Virus record (IMG/VR): IMGVR_UViG_3300032250_000235
Coordinates: 1-46,956 of that record
Strand: one strand, 5' to 3'
DNA: 46,956 nt
Source of the DNA: a virus
Lineage: Duplodnaviria > Caudoviricetes
The notes beneath the pieces were generated by a model, which saw only the letters and a program-made list of their open reading frames with translations, made no database searches and was not told the DNA's origin. Below, one piece after another: positions 18,077 through 26,441 of the stretch. Positions within the stretch are counted from its first letter, which is position 1. Every line of letters begins with the position of its first letter. Made by a program: the position numbers and the translations under genes.

Positions 18077-18790
18077 TTATTTTCCGCCGAATCTTGCTGC
18101 ATACGGTCCGGGTCCTAAATATCTTTTTAAAATACTTGTGTCTGCAGGACTGTTGTGTCCGGTCTTTGGTGCCCAAACAAAATTTCGTTTGCTTTTAACA
18201 TAGACAGTTTCATATCCGTAATTTTCCATCAGTTCGCAGCATAGATCAATGTCTTCGTTGACTTCTATCATAATCCATGGTCGCTGTGTTGTTATGATAT
18301 TGTGCATGCCTTTCAGCGCATCTAGTTCCCAACCCTGTGTGTCAATTTTAACCAAATCAACATTTTCTAAATTTTCATCATCTAACTTCACTACAGGTAC
18401 TGTATATGTAGACTTAACACCTTCTCTACATAGTTTGCCATCTCCACAGTTTTTTCCGGCTTGATGGAATTTAGCTTCGCCATTAAAGTCAGCTACTGCT
18501 TTTGTTCTTAGTTCAATACCGGTAGGAATATTTGTCTTGATGCATTCAATATTCTGTACACTTGGTTCATAAGATACAACCTTGTTAAAATGTTGAGTCA
18601 TTGGTAAACTCCAAATGCCGACATTCGCTCCTACATCTATAAAAGTTCTTTTATTAGGCAAGTGCTCAATAACTAATTTTCTATATTTGTCCTCGTAGGC
18701 AGGATTCATCATATCTGTGTCGTTTTCTAATAAAAATGACACACGCTGATCATCATCAGGTACCATCCAACCGTTGTTTAGTTTTTTCAT
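18077..18790 (-). CDS. FkbM-family methyltransferase
   Basis: FIDVGANVG, SYEP, KLDD and LVKIDTQGWELDALKG. Confidence 0.88.
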   Translation of the reverse strand: MKKLNNGWMVPDDDQRVSFLLENDTDMMNPAYEDKYRKLVIEHLPNKRTFIDVGANVGIWSLPMTQHFNKVVSYEPSVQNIECIKTNIPTGIELRTKAVADFNGEAKFHQAGKNCGDGKLCREGVKSTYTVPVVKLDDENLENVDLVKIDTQGWELDALKGMHNIITTQRPWIMIEVNEDIDLCCELMENYGYETVYVKSKRNFVWAPKTGHNSPADTSILKRYLGPGPYAARFGGK

Positions 18791-19389
18791 TTTGTTTCCT
18801 GTTCGTTAATAATTATTGCACATTGCATAATGACCTTTCCGTCATTGTTTTTTTCTATTAGTTCTGTTATTGGTATTCCTGAAGTTCTTAATTCTTCTAT
18901 AAATTTAGCTACTCCTGGAAACTTTTCTGGATAGGTGTCGTCAAATATTATAACCTTGCTGTCTTTGACTTGTTCATAATCCCATTTAACTGTGGAATAC
19001 GAATGGCCACCATCTATATATACCATGTCAAATGTTAGTGGCCCAATTAATGTGTTGTGTGTCCAACCCTTGATTAATTCGTAAGATTCTAATAATTGAT
19101 TCTTAATATACTTATCGCATCGTTCTTTAATCACTTCGTACGATGCAGATTCTTTACCGTTATGCTCCATCTCATTAGTAATTGGATTTTTTGGATATTC
19201 AAAAGTTGGCCGTATTGCTAATTCAAACGCATCATAGCCCGTATATTTGATTTTATATCCTAAATTTTTAGATGCAGGTAATAGCGACTTTAATGTCAAT
19301 CCTTCATGACATCCAATTTCACAGAATGTTTTTGGTTTATATTTTTCTATCAACGGTTTAAACACCGCATTCCATTTATAATCTTTCAT
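18787..19389 (-). CDS. Class I SAM-dependent methyltransferase (Methyltransf_24-like)
   Basis: CEIGCHEG, GYDAF, FDMVYIDGGHSY, IIFDD and PGV. Confidence 0.85.
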   Translation of the reverse strand: MKDYKWNAVFKPLIEKYKPKTFCEIGCHEGLTLKSLLPASKNLGYKIKYTGYDAFELAIRPTFEYPKNPITNEMEHNGKESASYEVIKERCDKYIKNQLLESYELIKGWTHNTLIGPLTFDMVYIDGGHSYSTVKWDYEQVKDSKVIIFDDTYPEKFPGVAKFIEELRTSGIPITELIEKNNDGKVIMQCAIIINEQETK

Positions 19390-20309
19390 ATATACTTTTT
19401 AAAAAATTGCCAAGCTTCACCCGATTTTAACTCATCAAAGTTCCAATGGCACATGGCTAATTTCTCAACCCAGGCTTGTCTATCGGGCATTACGGGATTT
19501 TCAATATTACTTATATCTGTATTTGCAACATCAAAACTTTGACTGTGTTGAGGAACGCTGTCTGTTAAAAATGCTGGCACGCCTTCTATTATACTAGCTA
19601 CACTAGGGCTACTGTTGTAAACTACTGTTGCCCAAGCTCCTCTAAGATCATCTACTAAATTTTCTTTAGTACTTAAAGAAACATTTTTATGGCTAATCTT
19701 TAAAATGCTTTTTATTTTTTTATCGCCGGGGTGTGCTCTAACAACAATCGGCCTATTTGAATATTTTCTAATATTAGCAATTGTCGAGTTCATCCAATCA
19801 ATCGAACTAAACCCTCCCATCGACCAACCACCGTTTCTCTGCAAACACAATAAGATGTGGTTGCCTGAAGTCCTCCAGGGTTTTAAATTTAGATTTAAAT
19901 TTCTACTAATCTTAGTCCATCTCGAAGGATCAATATCTTTATCAAAATAAAATCCAGTTGTGGGAAAAACTCCATCAAAACTATATCTAAGATAATGTAA
20001 AGGATTTGTTTTATTGACATATAAAAATAAATTACTGTCAACAACTAACGATCTTTTACCGTTTTTGCATTGTCTATCTATGGCCGATTTTCTCAAGTTG
20101 AGATGCGGCATTTGCTTGCCGTCGTTGTGTACAAATCCTTGTATCAAAGCTACATCACAATCTAGAACTGACATTTCTTTATGTGCCACAGCAGTATCTC
20201 CTACTGCAATAACTCCTTGACAAAAATAATCAAGAATTAGAGGCTTTTCTAGATTAGAATTGTTTGGGGGTATTCCTGCATAGTAGGCTACGGCTGTAAG
20301 TTTAGACAT
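19386..20309 (-). CDS. KpsS/KpsC-like putative glycosyltransferase, paralog 3
   Basis: IVVRAHP, NSSPSVASIIEGVP and DRQAWVEKLAMCHWNFDELKSG. Confidence 0.65.
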   Translation of the reverse strand: MSKLTAVAYYAGIPPNNSNLEKPLILDYFCQGVIAVGDTAVAHKEMSVLDCDVALIQGFVHNDGKQMPHLNLRKSAIDRQCKNGKRSLVVDSNLFLYVNKTNPLHYLRYSFDGVFPTTGFYFDKDIDPSRWTKISRNLNLNLKPWRTSGNHILLCLQRNGGWSMGGFSSIDWMNSTIANIRKYSNRPIVVRAHPGDKKIKSILKISHKNVSLSTKENLVDDLRGAWATVVYNSSPSVASIIEGVPAFLTDSVPQHSQSFDVANTDISNIENPVMPDRQAWVEKLAMCHWNFDELKSGEAWQFFKKYI

Positions 20310-21405
20310 TGTGATATTGCCTCACAATACTTAGAGCAGTTCCGTCCATTAGTTCGTCAAAAGTAAATTGACAATAACTTAGCCAAGCTAGCCAATCTCC
20401 TAGCGGGCCGTAGTAAAGATCATTTATGTCACTTAAATTGCTTCGGGTCACTGCATTACTAACATGCTTATCAAGAGTAATAGCCGGAATCCCTGCCCAA
20501 ATAGATTCGATTGCACTATTAGAATTAATACTAACAGTACAATAATAATTGCCCTGTTGCAACTGCTGGTAAAGACTAGTCCGTTTCTTTTTATTTGTTT
20601 TAGATCTAAATTCTATAGGTCTATCAGTGTATTTTCTAAGTTCGGCCGCTACCTGCTGCCCCCAAGACTTTGCTTCAACGTGCATAATATTAGCAGCGAA
20701 CTCTCCGGGCTCTACAATCAAAATAGCAGAACCATCTTTTCTCCAAGGTTGAGGAAAACTCTTAAATGTGCCTAACCTATCTGCAGGGGCTACAAAACTT
20801 TGATTAAAGTGTAGATGATTTCTTACTAACCTATGCCATTTTTTGTTAGGTTCTATAAAATTGGTGTAGCCGCTGTCCATAAACCAGAATGGCAGATTGT
20901 TGTCTATCTTGTTAACTATGGTAGTTTCACGGCCTATGGTATTCCGTATCAAACAATCTTCATTAATATTTGTAAAATGTTTGCGCCTTATCATCTCTGC
21001 ATTAGGATCTATTTGTAGGCCGACTGTTTTTACAAAATAATCAACATCCCCTTTGAGATAGCTAGTTATTACTTGATTTTCGTCAAGGCGATTTAACAAG
21101 TAATCTATTCGTGTATGAATATTACGAAAATGATATTTTCTATATCTAGTTACTATTTCATTAATTTGGCTGCGCCAAATCTGTAGATCTTTGGTAACAC
21201 CTTGTCTAATTTTTTGTTTAAATTTATCTCTATGTTTTTCTAAACTGAATTTTGCATGATTCTGTTTTTCTAAAATATATGCAATAGAGTGTGCAATATT
21301 AGAATTGTCAGATTCGTCCATCTTAATATGGCTGCATTGTTCTTTAATATTGATTAGAATACAAAGATAGTTTGCAAGTTCTGTATCATTTACAAGTAAT
21401 TTCAT
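20302..21405 (-). CDS. KpsS/KpsC-like putative glycosyltransferase with N-terminal helical extension, paralog 4
   Basis: MDSGYT, NSNSAIESIWAGIP and WLSYCQFTFDELMDG; ATGA overlap start at 21405 (track gives 21423). Confidence 0.65.
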   Translation of the reverse strand: MKLLVNDTELANYLCILINIKEQCSHIKMDESDNSNIAHSIAYILEKQNHAKFSLEKHRDKFKQKIRQGVTKDLQIWRSQINEIVTRYRKYHFRNIHTRIDYLLNRLDENQVITSYLKGDVDYFVKTVGLQIDPNAEMIRRKHFTNINEDCLIRNTIGRETTIVNKIDNNLPFWFMDSGYTNFIEPNKKWHRLVRNHLHFNQSFVAPADRLGTFKSFPQPWRKDGSAILIVEPGEFAANIMHVEAKSWGQQVAAELRKYTDRPIEFRSKTNKKKRTSLYQQLQQGNYYCTVSINSNSAIESIWAGIPAITLDKHVSNAVTRSNLSDINDLYYGPLGDWLAWLSYCQFTFDELMDGTALSIVRQYHNV

Positions 21406-22151
21406 TTGTTTAATATCTTCCATGCGGTGCCGTTAGCTACTTCTTCATTGGTAAATTGCCCGTATGCTAGTGACGCACAATGTTGTTGTACCAATGATTC
21501 GTCTGGATAGAACGGTTTTGCTATTTGACTGAGATCAGTTAGGGCTAAAGGAGACGCTGCACACGGCACAGTAACAAATGATGGTATACCATATATCACT
21601 GATTCTAATGCTGCAATACTGTTGAATGCTACTGTGGCAAAGATGCCTTCGTCTAGAGCATCGAATATTGAATGGTGCTGTCTATCTGACCTGCTGCCTT
21701 TTTCTCTAACAACAATTTCCATGTCTGTGTGTTTTTTTATTGTTTCTATAGTGTTGAGTAGCCAAGGTTTTTCACCGTCAATATATGGGTCAGTGTCATA
21801 TCCGTAGAACACACACGATTTTCTATTTGGCACAATTATTAAAATTTTGTTGCCTTTTTTCTTCCAACCCTTCCACTGATATCTAGGATCAATTTTACAA
21901 ATTTCTTGCCAGCGATCAATAGGATATTTTTCTAACCAATGTTTTTGAAGATCATTTTTAACTATTCTATGAAATAGTTTTTTCCCACCAGGATTTCCCG
22001 GACTTATAAAGTTTCCAAAATATCCAGTGTCCATGTAGTAGAAATCTTTTTTATCTTGCCAGTGCTGTTGTATGTATTTTCTTTTAACGATTCCTCGGAA
22101 AATTGAAGGAGCTACACCTGGTATTGAATTTTTAAATAGTTCTTCATCCAT
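21402..22151 (-). CDS. KpsS/KpsC-like putative glycosyltransferase, paralog 5
   Basis: YMDTGYF, HRIVKN, NSIAALESVIYGIP and LAYGQFTNEEVANG. Confidence 0.65.
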   Translation of the reverse strand: MDEELFKNSIPGVAPSIFRGIVKRKYIQQHWQDKKDFYYMDTGYFGNFISPGNPGGKKLFHRIVKNDLQKHWLEKYPIDRWQEICKIDPRYQWKGWKKKGNKILIIVPNRKSCVFYGYDTDPYIDGEKPWLLNTIETIKKHTDMEIVVREKGSRSDRQHHSIFDALDEGIFATVAFNSIAALESVIYGIPSFVTVPCAASPLALTDLSQIAKPFYPDESLVQQHCASLAYGQFTNEEVANGTAWKILNK

Positions 22152-22938
22152 TTAACAACATCTCCTTAGCCCTTCCGTTTTTTAATTCATCGATGTGAAA
22201 TTGTCCGTAGGCTAAATGACAACCCCAAGCATATAATTTATCTTTATCTGCATAGTATGGTGTTTCTATTTTGCTTAAATCTTGCAATGCTACTGGACTT
22301 GCAGCATTTGCAGGAGCCATAGTAAAAGCTGGTATACCGTAAAAGACACTTTCAATTGCGGCAACACTATTATATGTCACTAGTGCAAAAACATCGTTGT
22401 CTAATGCCTGCTGGAGTGTATCTGTAGCAATTCTATCGATTCTCTTTGGAGCACGCTCACGAACAACAACTGGTCTATCTGTATGTTCTTTAATTTTTGC
22501 AACGGTATCAGCGACCCATTGATCTTTATCTACACCATAGAACTTACAGGGTTTTTCGTCAGGCGCAGCAATTAAAATCTTACTGCCACTTTTCTTCCAA
22601 GGAGAAAAAGTTTTATTAAATTTTTTAAAACGGTCATCTGGTCTTGCAATAATTTCACCGTGTTGCAAATTGTTCTTTACAATACGGTGCCAATATTTCC
22701 AGCCACTTGGGTTTTGTACAGTGCGTTCATTACCAAAATATCCAGTATCCATATAATAAAATGTGCGGCCATCTTTCCAGCAGCGTTTCATTATTTTGTG
22801 TTTTAGTATACCTCGTAATACTATTGGTTCTGTTGAATCGTTGTAACTAAAATTTTTAGTTGATACAGTATTACTTCTACATCCATGGGCGAACATATTA
22901 ATGTAGTCGTCCTCGCCGTCTTTGCTAAGAAAAATCAT
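22144..22938 (-). CDS. KpsS/KpsC-like putative glycosyltransferase, paralog 6
   Basis: YMDTGYF, HRIVKN, NSVAAIESVFYGIP and LAYGQFHIDELKNG. Confidence 0.65.
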   Translation of the reverse strand: MIFLSKDGEDDYINMFAHGCRSNTVSTKNFSYNDSTEPIVLRGILKHKIMKRCWKDGRTFYYMDTGYFGNERTVQNPSGWKYWHRIVKNNLQHGEIIARPDDRFKKFNKTFSPWKKSGSKILIAAPDEKPCKFYGVDKDQWVADTVAKIKEHTDRPVVVRERAPKRIDRIATDTLQQALDNDVFALVTYNSVAAIESVFYGIPAFTMAPANAASPVALQDLSKIETPYYADKDKLYAWGCHLAYGQFHIDELKNGRAKEMLLNG

Positions 22939-23612
22939 AAATTATGTTGTAAACAATAGTCTGTGTAGATTCTTTCACGATGCCATTCATCCCCCATAGG
23001 AGTAGTAGCAAAATCATGAAAGCTAGGAGTACCTAAGGTGTAATGTAATAATTTTGCATCTTGATTGGCACCGAACTCATCGGGTAACCAATTCCACACA
23101 TTAGGCAATTCTCCAACTAACTCGTCAGCAAGCCAAGTAAATCTATGAAGTTGGGCACCTGTAGCAGTTTCGATAAATTCAGGAGTTACTACTTTATTTG
23201 CGGCGTGTTCACAGTTCCACAGTATAACACTACTCCAATTTTTTCTTGGATAGTCTTCATTTTTTGCACCAAGATACTTTTCTGTCATCTTGGTTTTGTA
23301 GTCGTGTTTAACTACCATTACCGCTTTACTGTTATCTCGGAGAGCCCATAACTTTTCAATATCATCGCGTAACAACATATCGCCGTCCATAAAGATAGCC
23401 CAGCCTTTATATTCCATTAAGTGCGGTACAAGGAATCGACTGTAGATAAACTGATTGCTGCCGTCAGTATGTTTTTCTTGATAGTCTTGCATGTTCTGTA
23501 ATGCAAGCGGTGTTAGTGAAACAGGTTTGCTAGAATGTCGAATGATACTATTTGCACATACATGATATGCAATAGCTTCGCGGTGGTCGTACCCAATAAA
23601 AATATTAATCAT
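22935..23612 (-). CDS. GT8-like glycosyltransferase
   Basis: IFIGYD, SRFLVP, FMDGDML (DxD), YPRKNWSSV, WNWL and LHYTLGTP. Confidence 0.85.
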   Translation of the reverse strand: MINIFIGYDHREAIAYHVCANSIIRHSSKPVSLTPLALQNMQDYQEKHTDGSNQFIYSRFLVPHLMEYKGWAIFMDGDMLLRDDIEKLWALRDNSKAVMVVKHDYKTKMTEKYLGAKNEDYPRKNWSSVILWNCEHAANKVVTPEFIETATGAQLHRFTWLADELVGELPNVWNWLPDEFGANQDAKLLHYTLGTPSFHDFATTPMGDEWHRERIYTDYCLQHNL

Positions 23613-24370
23613 CGTCTTTCTATGTCCTCTTCAACGCATTGTTCTCCGTATTGTATTTCTACAATTTTTAATGGGTGGTCATAGGGATTAGTAAGTTGGT
23701 GCCACTCTTGTACCGCAACATGCAATTGATCGTGCTTATCTAACATCGCAGTTGGTAATTGATAATCCATCGGAGTCGCTCTATTAACAGCAGCTTGGCC
23801 TTCACTAACAATCCAATATTCTGCACGGTGATTATGTCGTTGCATACTTAAACTTTTGCCGGGATTGACTGTGAGTTCTTTGACTTTCATACCTGGAACT
23901 TCGTGCAACACTCGATAGTAACCCCATTGGCGTTCTGTCTTAGGAGCTTTCCATTCTTGCAAAATCCAAGAACTTGAATTCTTTTTGTCTTCGCCGCCTA
24001 CTCCAAATACAAATTCAATGTTGCCTACACCACTATCCGTTTCTGGAATATTAGTTTGTGTGCGGTCTCCGCCGTTGGCAAAGATTATTTGAGCAGATGG
24101 ATACATAGACCGAACCATCTGTATGGCTCGTTTAGCACTACCGTCGTCATCATTAAAGTCGATGACAAAGTCTACGCCCACTATATTTTTTACAATAGTA
24201 GCTCGTTCTGAATAAGGCATAAAAGGAGCACCCTTCTTGCGGGTTAACCATGCATCTGAGTTAACTCCAACAATAAGGATATCCCCTAATGCTTTAGCTG
24301 CTTTAAAGTAGGCGATGTGCCCAGAATGAAGGGGGTCGAAACCCCCTGTGATTAGTACAATGCGTTTCAT
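23609..24370 (-). CDS. Fused cytidylyl/adenylyltransferase (RfaE/TagD-like) and type II mannose-6-phosphate-isomerase-like cupin
   Basis: TGGFDPLHSGH (HxGH), GVNSD and NGGDR; C-terminal RQWGYY, LSMQRHNHRAEYW and IVEIQYG...EEDIER. Confidence 0.88.
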   Translation of the reverse strand: MKRIVLITGGFDPLHSGHIAYFKAAKALGDILIVGVNSDAWLTRKKGAPFMPYSERATIVKNIVGVDFVIDFNDDDGSAKRAIQMVRSMYPSAQIIFANGGDRTQTNIPETDSGVGNIEFVFGVGGEDKKNSSSWILQEWKAPKTERQWGYYRVLHEVPGMKVKELTVNPGKSLSMQRHNHRAEYWIVSEGQAAVNRATPMDYQLPTAMLDKHDQLHVAVQEWHQLTNPYDHPLKIVEIQYGEQCVEEDIERR

Positions 24371-24375
24371 GTAGA

Positions 24376-24382
24376 TATTTAT
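24376..24382 (-). promoter_or_regulatory. Late promoter motif heading the glycosylation operon (leaderless)
   Basis: ATAAATA-N5-ATG(24370), embedded in the inverted repeat GTAGAT...ATCTAC. Confidence 0.55.
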
Positions 24383-24402
24383 CTACGCATATTATAATGA
24401 AT

Positions 24403-24858
24403 TTAAAGAGTGGCGTCTTCAAGTCCTGCTGTGCGTAGTTTAACAATGTTAGATACTTGCCACTGTTTGATATCTAATGCTTTGATAATGCCTAACCACT
24501 TGTTTCGTAACAGAGCGAAATCGTTGATAATTTTTTCAAAGTCTACAACATCGGCCTCGCCCTCTACAAATTTTTCACAATCTCTAGAGGAGAGGCTCCG
24601 CTGATAGTTTTCAAGATACTTACGAAAATGTTGACTTCGAAGGCGTCTTAGTTCAATGTTTAAATATTCTAAAATACCTTCGATCTCTTGAAGTTGATTA
24701 AATCGGTTTTCAACAATACCTGGCATATTTGCTGAAATTTTTTCAAGACTTCCTGACACCTTACAATCTATTTTAGCCGCTATTAATTCAGCTTCATAAT
24801 ATGCCACAGCATCAGGAATGTTGCTTATGTCTTTACTAACCCGATCATACCAATTCAT
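24403..24858 (-). CDS. uvsY: Recombination mediator UvsY-like
   Basis: 151 aa, helical; ends ALDIKQWQVSNIVKLRTAG like UvsY C-termini; downstream of uvsX. Confidence 0.7.
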   Translation of the reverse strand: MNWYDRVSKDISNIPDAVAYYEAELIAAKIDCKVSGSLEKISANMPGIVENRFNQLQEIEGILEYLNIELRRLRSQHFRKYLENYQRSLSSRDCEKFVEGEADVVDFEKIINDFALLRNKWLGIIKALDIKQWQVSNIVKLRTAGLEDATL

Positions 24859-25095
24859 TTAATCCTCATCTTCGTAATACTCTGGATCTTCGTCGTCGAT
24901 GTCTTCCCCATCGATTGCATAATTGATAGCATCGTCGAGGTATCCGTCAACTCCTAATAGACTTTGTAAAACACTTTCTTTAATACCATAGTCTAACAAT
25001 GTGTTAACAAAGTCAGCGGCAGTATCTTTACGATACTTTTCTGGAATATGCTCTACAACTAATGTCCAAATATCCGCAATTAAATCTTCTTTCAT
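24859..25095 (-). CDS. Small acidic hypothetical protein
   Basis: 78 aa with a D/E-rich tail, coupled between uvsX and uvsY. Confidence 0.75.
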   Translation of the reverse strand: MKEDLIADIWTLVVEHIPEKYRKDTAADFVNTLLDYGIKESVLQSLLGVDGYLDDAINYAIDGEDIDDEDPEYYEDED

Positions 25096-26171
25096 TCGGT
25101 GATCTCCGTTTCAGGTTCAACATTAGTAGTTATCTCTGAAGCGGATTTTTCGCCATGTTTTGAAATATCGTCCATCATGATATCGAGACCGTTCTTTTCA
25201 TTCTTTTCCCAAGCCTTGCGAAACTGTTTGATAATTTCACCGTCAGCAGATGTGTAGACAAGACTGTTTCCTTCCTTCTTGAGCAACCCTTTAGCTTCAG
25301 CCAGGTCGACCAGTCCGCTATACGGATTCATACCTGTCTCATAAGGAATCTTAACCTGCACACTTTCAAATGGCTTAGCATAACGAGTCTTCATAATTTT
25401 ACAGGCAGCACGGATACCGTTAACTTCTGTAACCTTATTACCATCTTCATCTTCTTTAAGTTTCAATTTACGCATTGCTACTACAATCGAACTTGCATAG
25501 ATAAAGCCTTGACCACCTGAAATTTTGTCATCTGGATCAAACATATCCTGGCTAGCGTATGTATGATTAGTTGCAACCATACCAATGTTATATGCACCAA
25601 ACATATTAACACAGTTACGAACAAGTGCTGTCAGTGCCTTAGGCTTACGGCCCATGTCACCTTTCAAATCACCTGCCTGGAACTGATTAACATCAGTAGG
25701 AGTTAACAACATACCCAAGCTGTCAATAACGAATAAAACTTTTGGACGCTCGTCTTCTGGCATTATTTTGTATTCGGCAACAAATTCTGTAATAGTCTTT
25801 GCTACATCGTCAATCATAGCCATGTTAAGTTTCAACAACTTGTCAGGACTTGTATCAACATCAAGTGCATGTAACCATGCTTCGTCAAGTGCATTCTCTG
25901 TATCAATCAAGATAGGAAAAATGCCTTGTTTCTGTGCGTTTGCTACTAGATTGCCTGAACAGATAAATGATTTACCTGCGCCTGACTCACCTGCAAATAC
26001 AGTAACCTTACCTAGAGGAATACCTTTTTTAAAGTCTCCACTGATAAGATAATTTAATGCAAAGTTGTTTGTGCTGACCCAGTCTGTTGGATCATTGAAA
26101 CCAATACTCAATCCATCAATAGATTTGGTAATTGACTTTCTAAATTTACTAATATCAAATGCTTTTGCCAT
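25092..26171 (-). CDS. uvsX: RecA-like recombinase UvsX
   Basis: FAGESGAGKS, IDTENA, VIDSLG, TNHTY, SGGQG and KTRYAKP. Confidence 0.93.
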   Translation of the reverse strand: MAKAFDISKFRKSITKSIDGLSIGFNDPTDWVSTNNFALNYLISGDFKKGIPLGKVTVFAGESGAGKSFICSGNLVANAQKQGIFPILIDTENALDEAWLHALDVDTSPDKLLKLNMAMIDDVAKTITEFVAEYKIMPEDERPKVLFVIDSLGMLLTPTDVNQFQAGDLKGDMGRKPKALTALVRNCVNMFGAYNIGMVATNHTYASQDMFDPDDKISGGQGFIYASSIVVAMRKLKLKEDEDGNKVTEVNGIRAACKIMKTRYAKPFESVQVKIPYETGMNPYSGLVDLAEAKGLLKKEGNSLVYTSADGEIIKQFRKAWEKNEKNGLDIMMDDISKHGEKSASEITTNVEPETEITE

Positions 26172-26380
26172 TATTCACCCTTTGGTAGTTTCTTTGGGCC
26201 TACAACAATGTCTTCACGACCAATTGCTTTAAGCCAAGTGTTTAGTCTATTAATTATAACAGAATCGTCCTTGGGGTTGTCAAATCTAACATCGATATCG
26301 GCAACGGTATCGCCTGTTTGATCTTCCCTACTATTAAAACTTAGAGAGAAGTTCTCATTAATTTTTTGTGTTCTTGCCAT
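26171..26380 (-). CDS. Hypothetical protein
   Basis: 69 aa, AGGAG RBS, TAATG coupling to uvsX. Confidence 0.75.
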   Translation of the reverse strand: MARTQKINENFSLSFNSREDQTGDTVADIDVRFDNPKDDSVIINRLNTWLKAIGREDIVVGPKKLPKGE

Positions 26381-26403
26381 TATTATTCTCCTAAAATGAA
26401 GGC

Positions 26404-26427
26404 GAGTACGAGCGTGGACTCGTACTC
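26404..26427. other. Intercistronic stem-loop after gp32
   Basis: GAGTACGAG-6nt-CTCGTACTC perfect 9-bp stem with no U-tract. Confidence 0.55.
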
Positions 26428-26441
26428 TTGTCTACAACGAT

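Noticed and set aside
6270-24370. Interpretation as a captured bacterial capsule/LPS locus or a host-prophage junction
   Set aside because: The genes are interleaved with uvsW and other phage genes, use phage late motifs, and include no exporters, integrase or att-like boundary.
6270-24370. Island as a DNA hypermodification pathway
   Set aside because: No thymidylate-synthase-like hydroxymethylase, TET/JBP or recognisable T4 alpha/beta-glucosyltransferase is seen in the window, and the promoters are late-type. Disfavoured, but not excluded without the rest of the genome.
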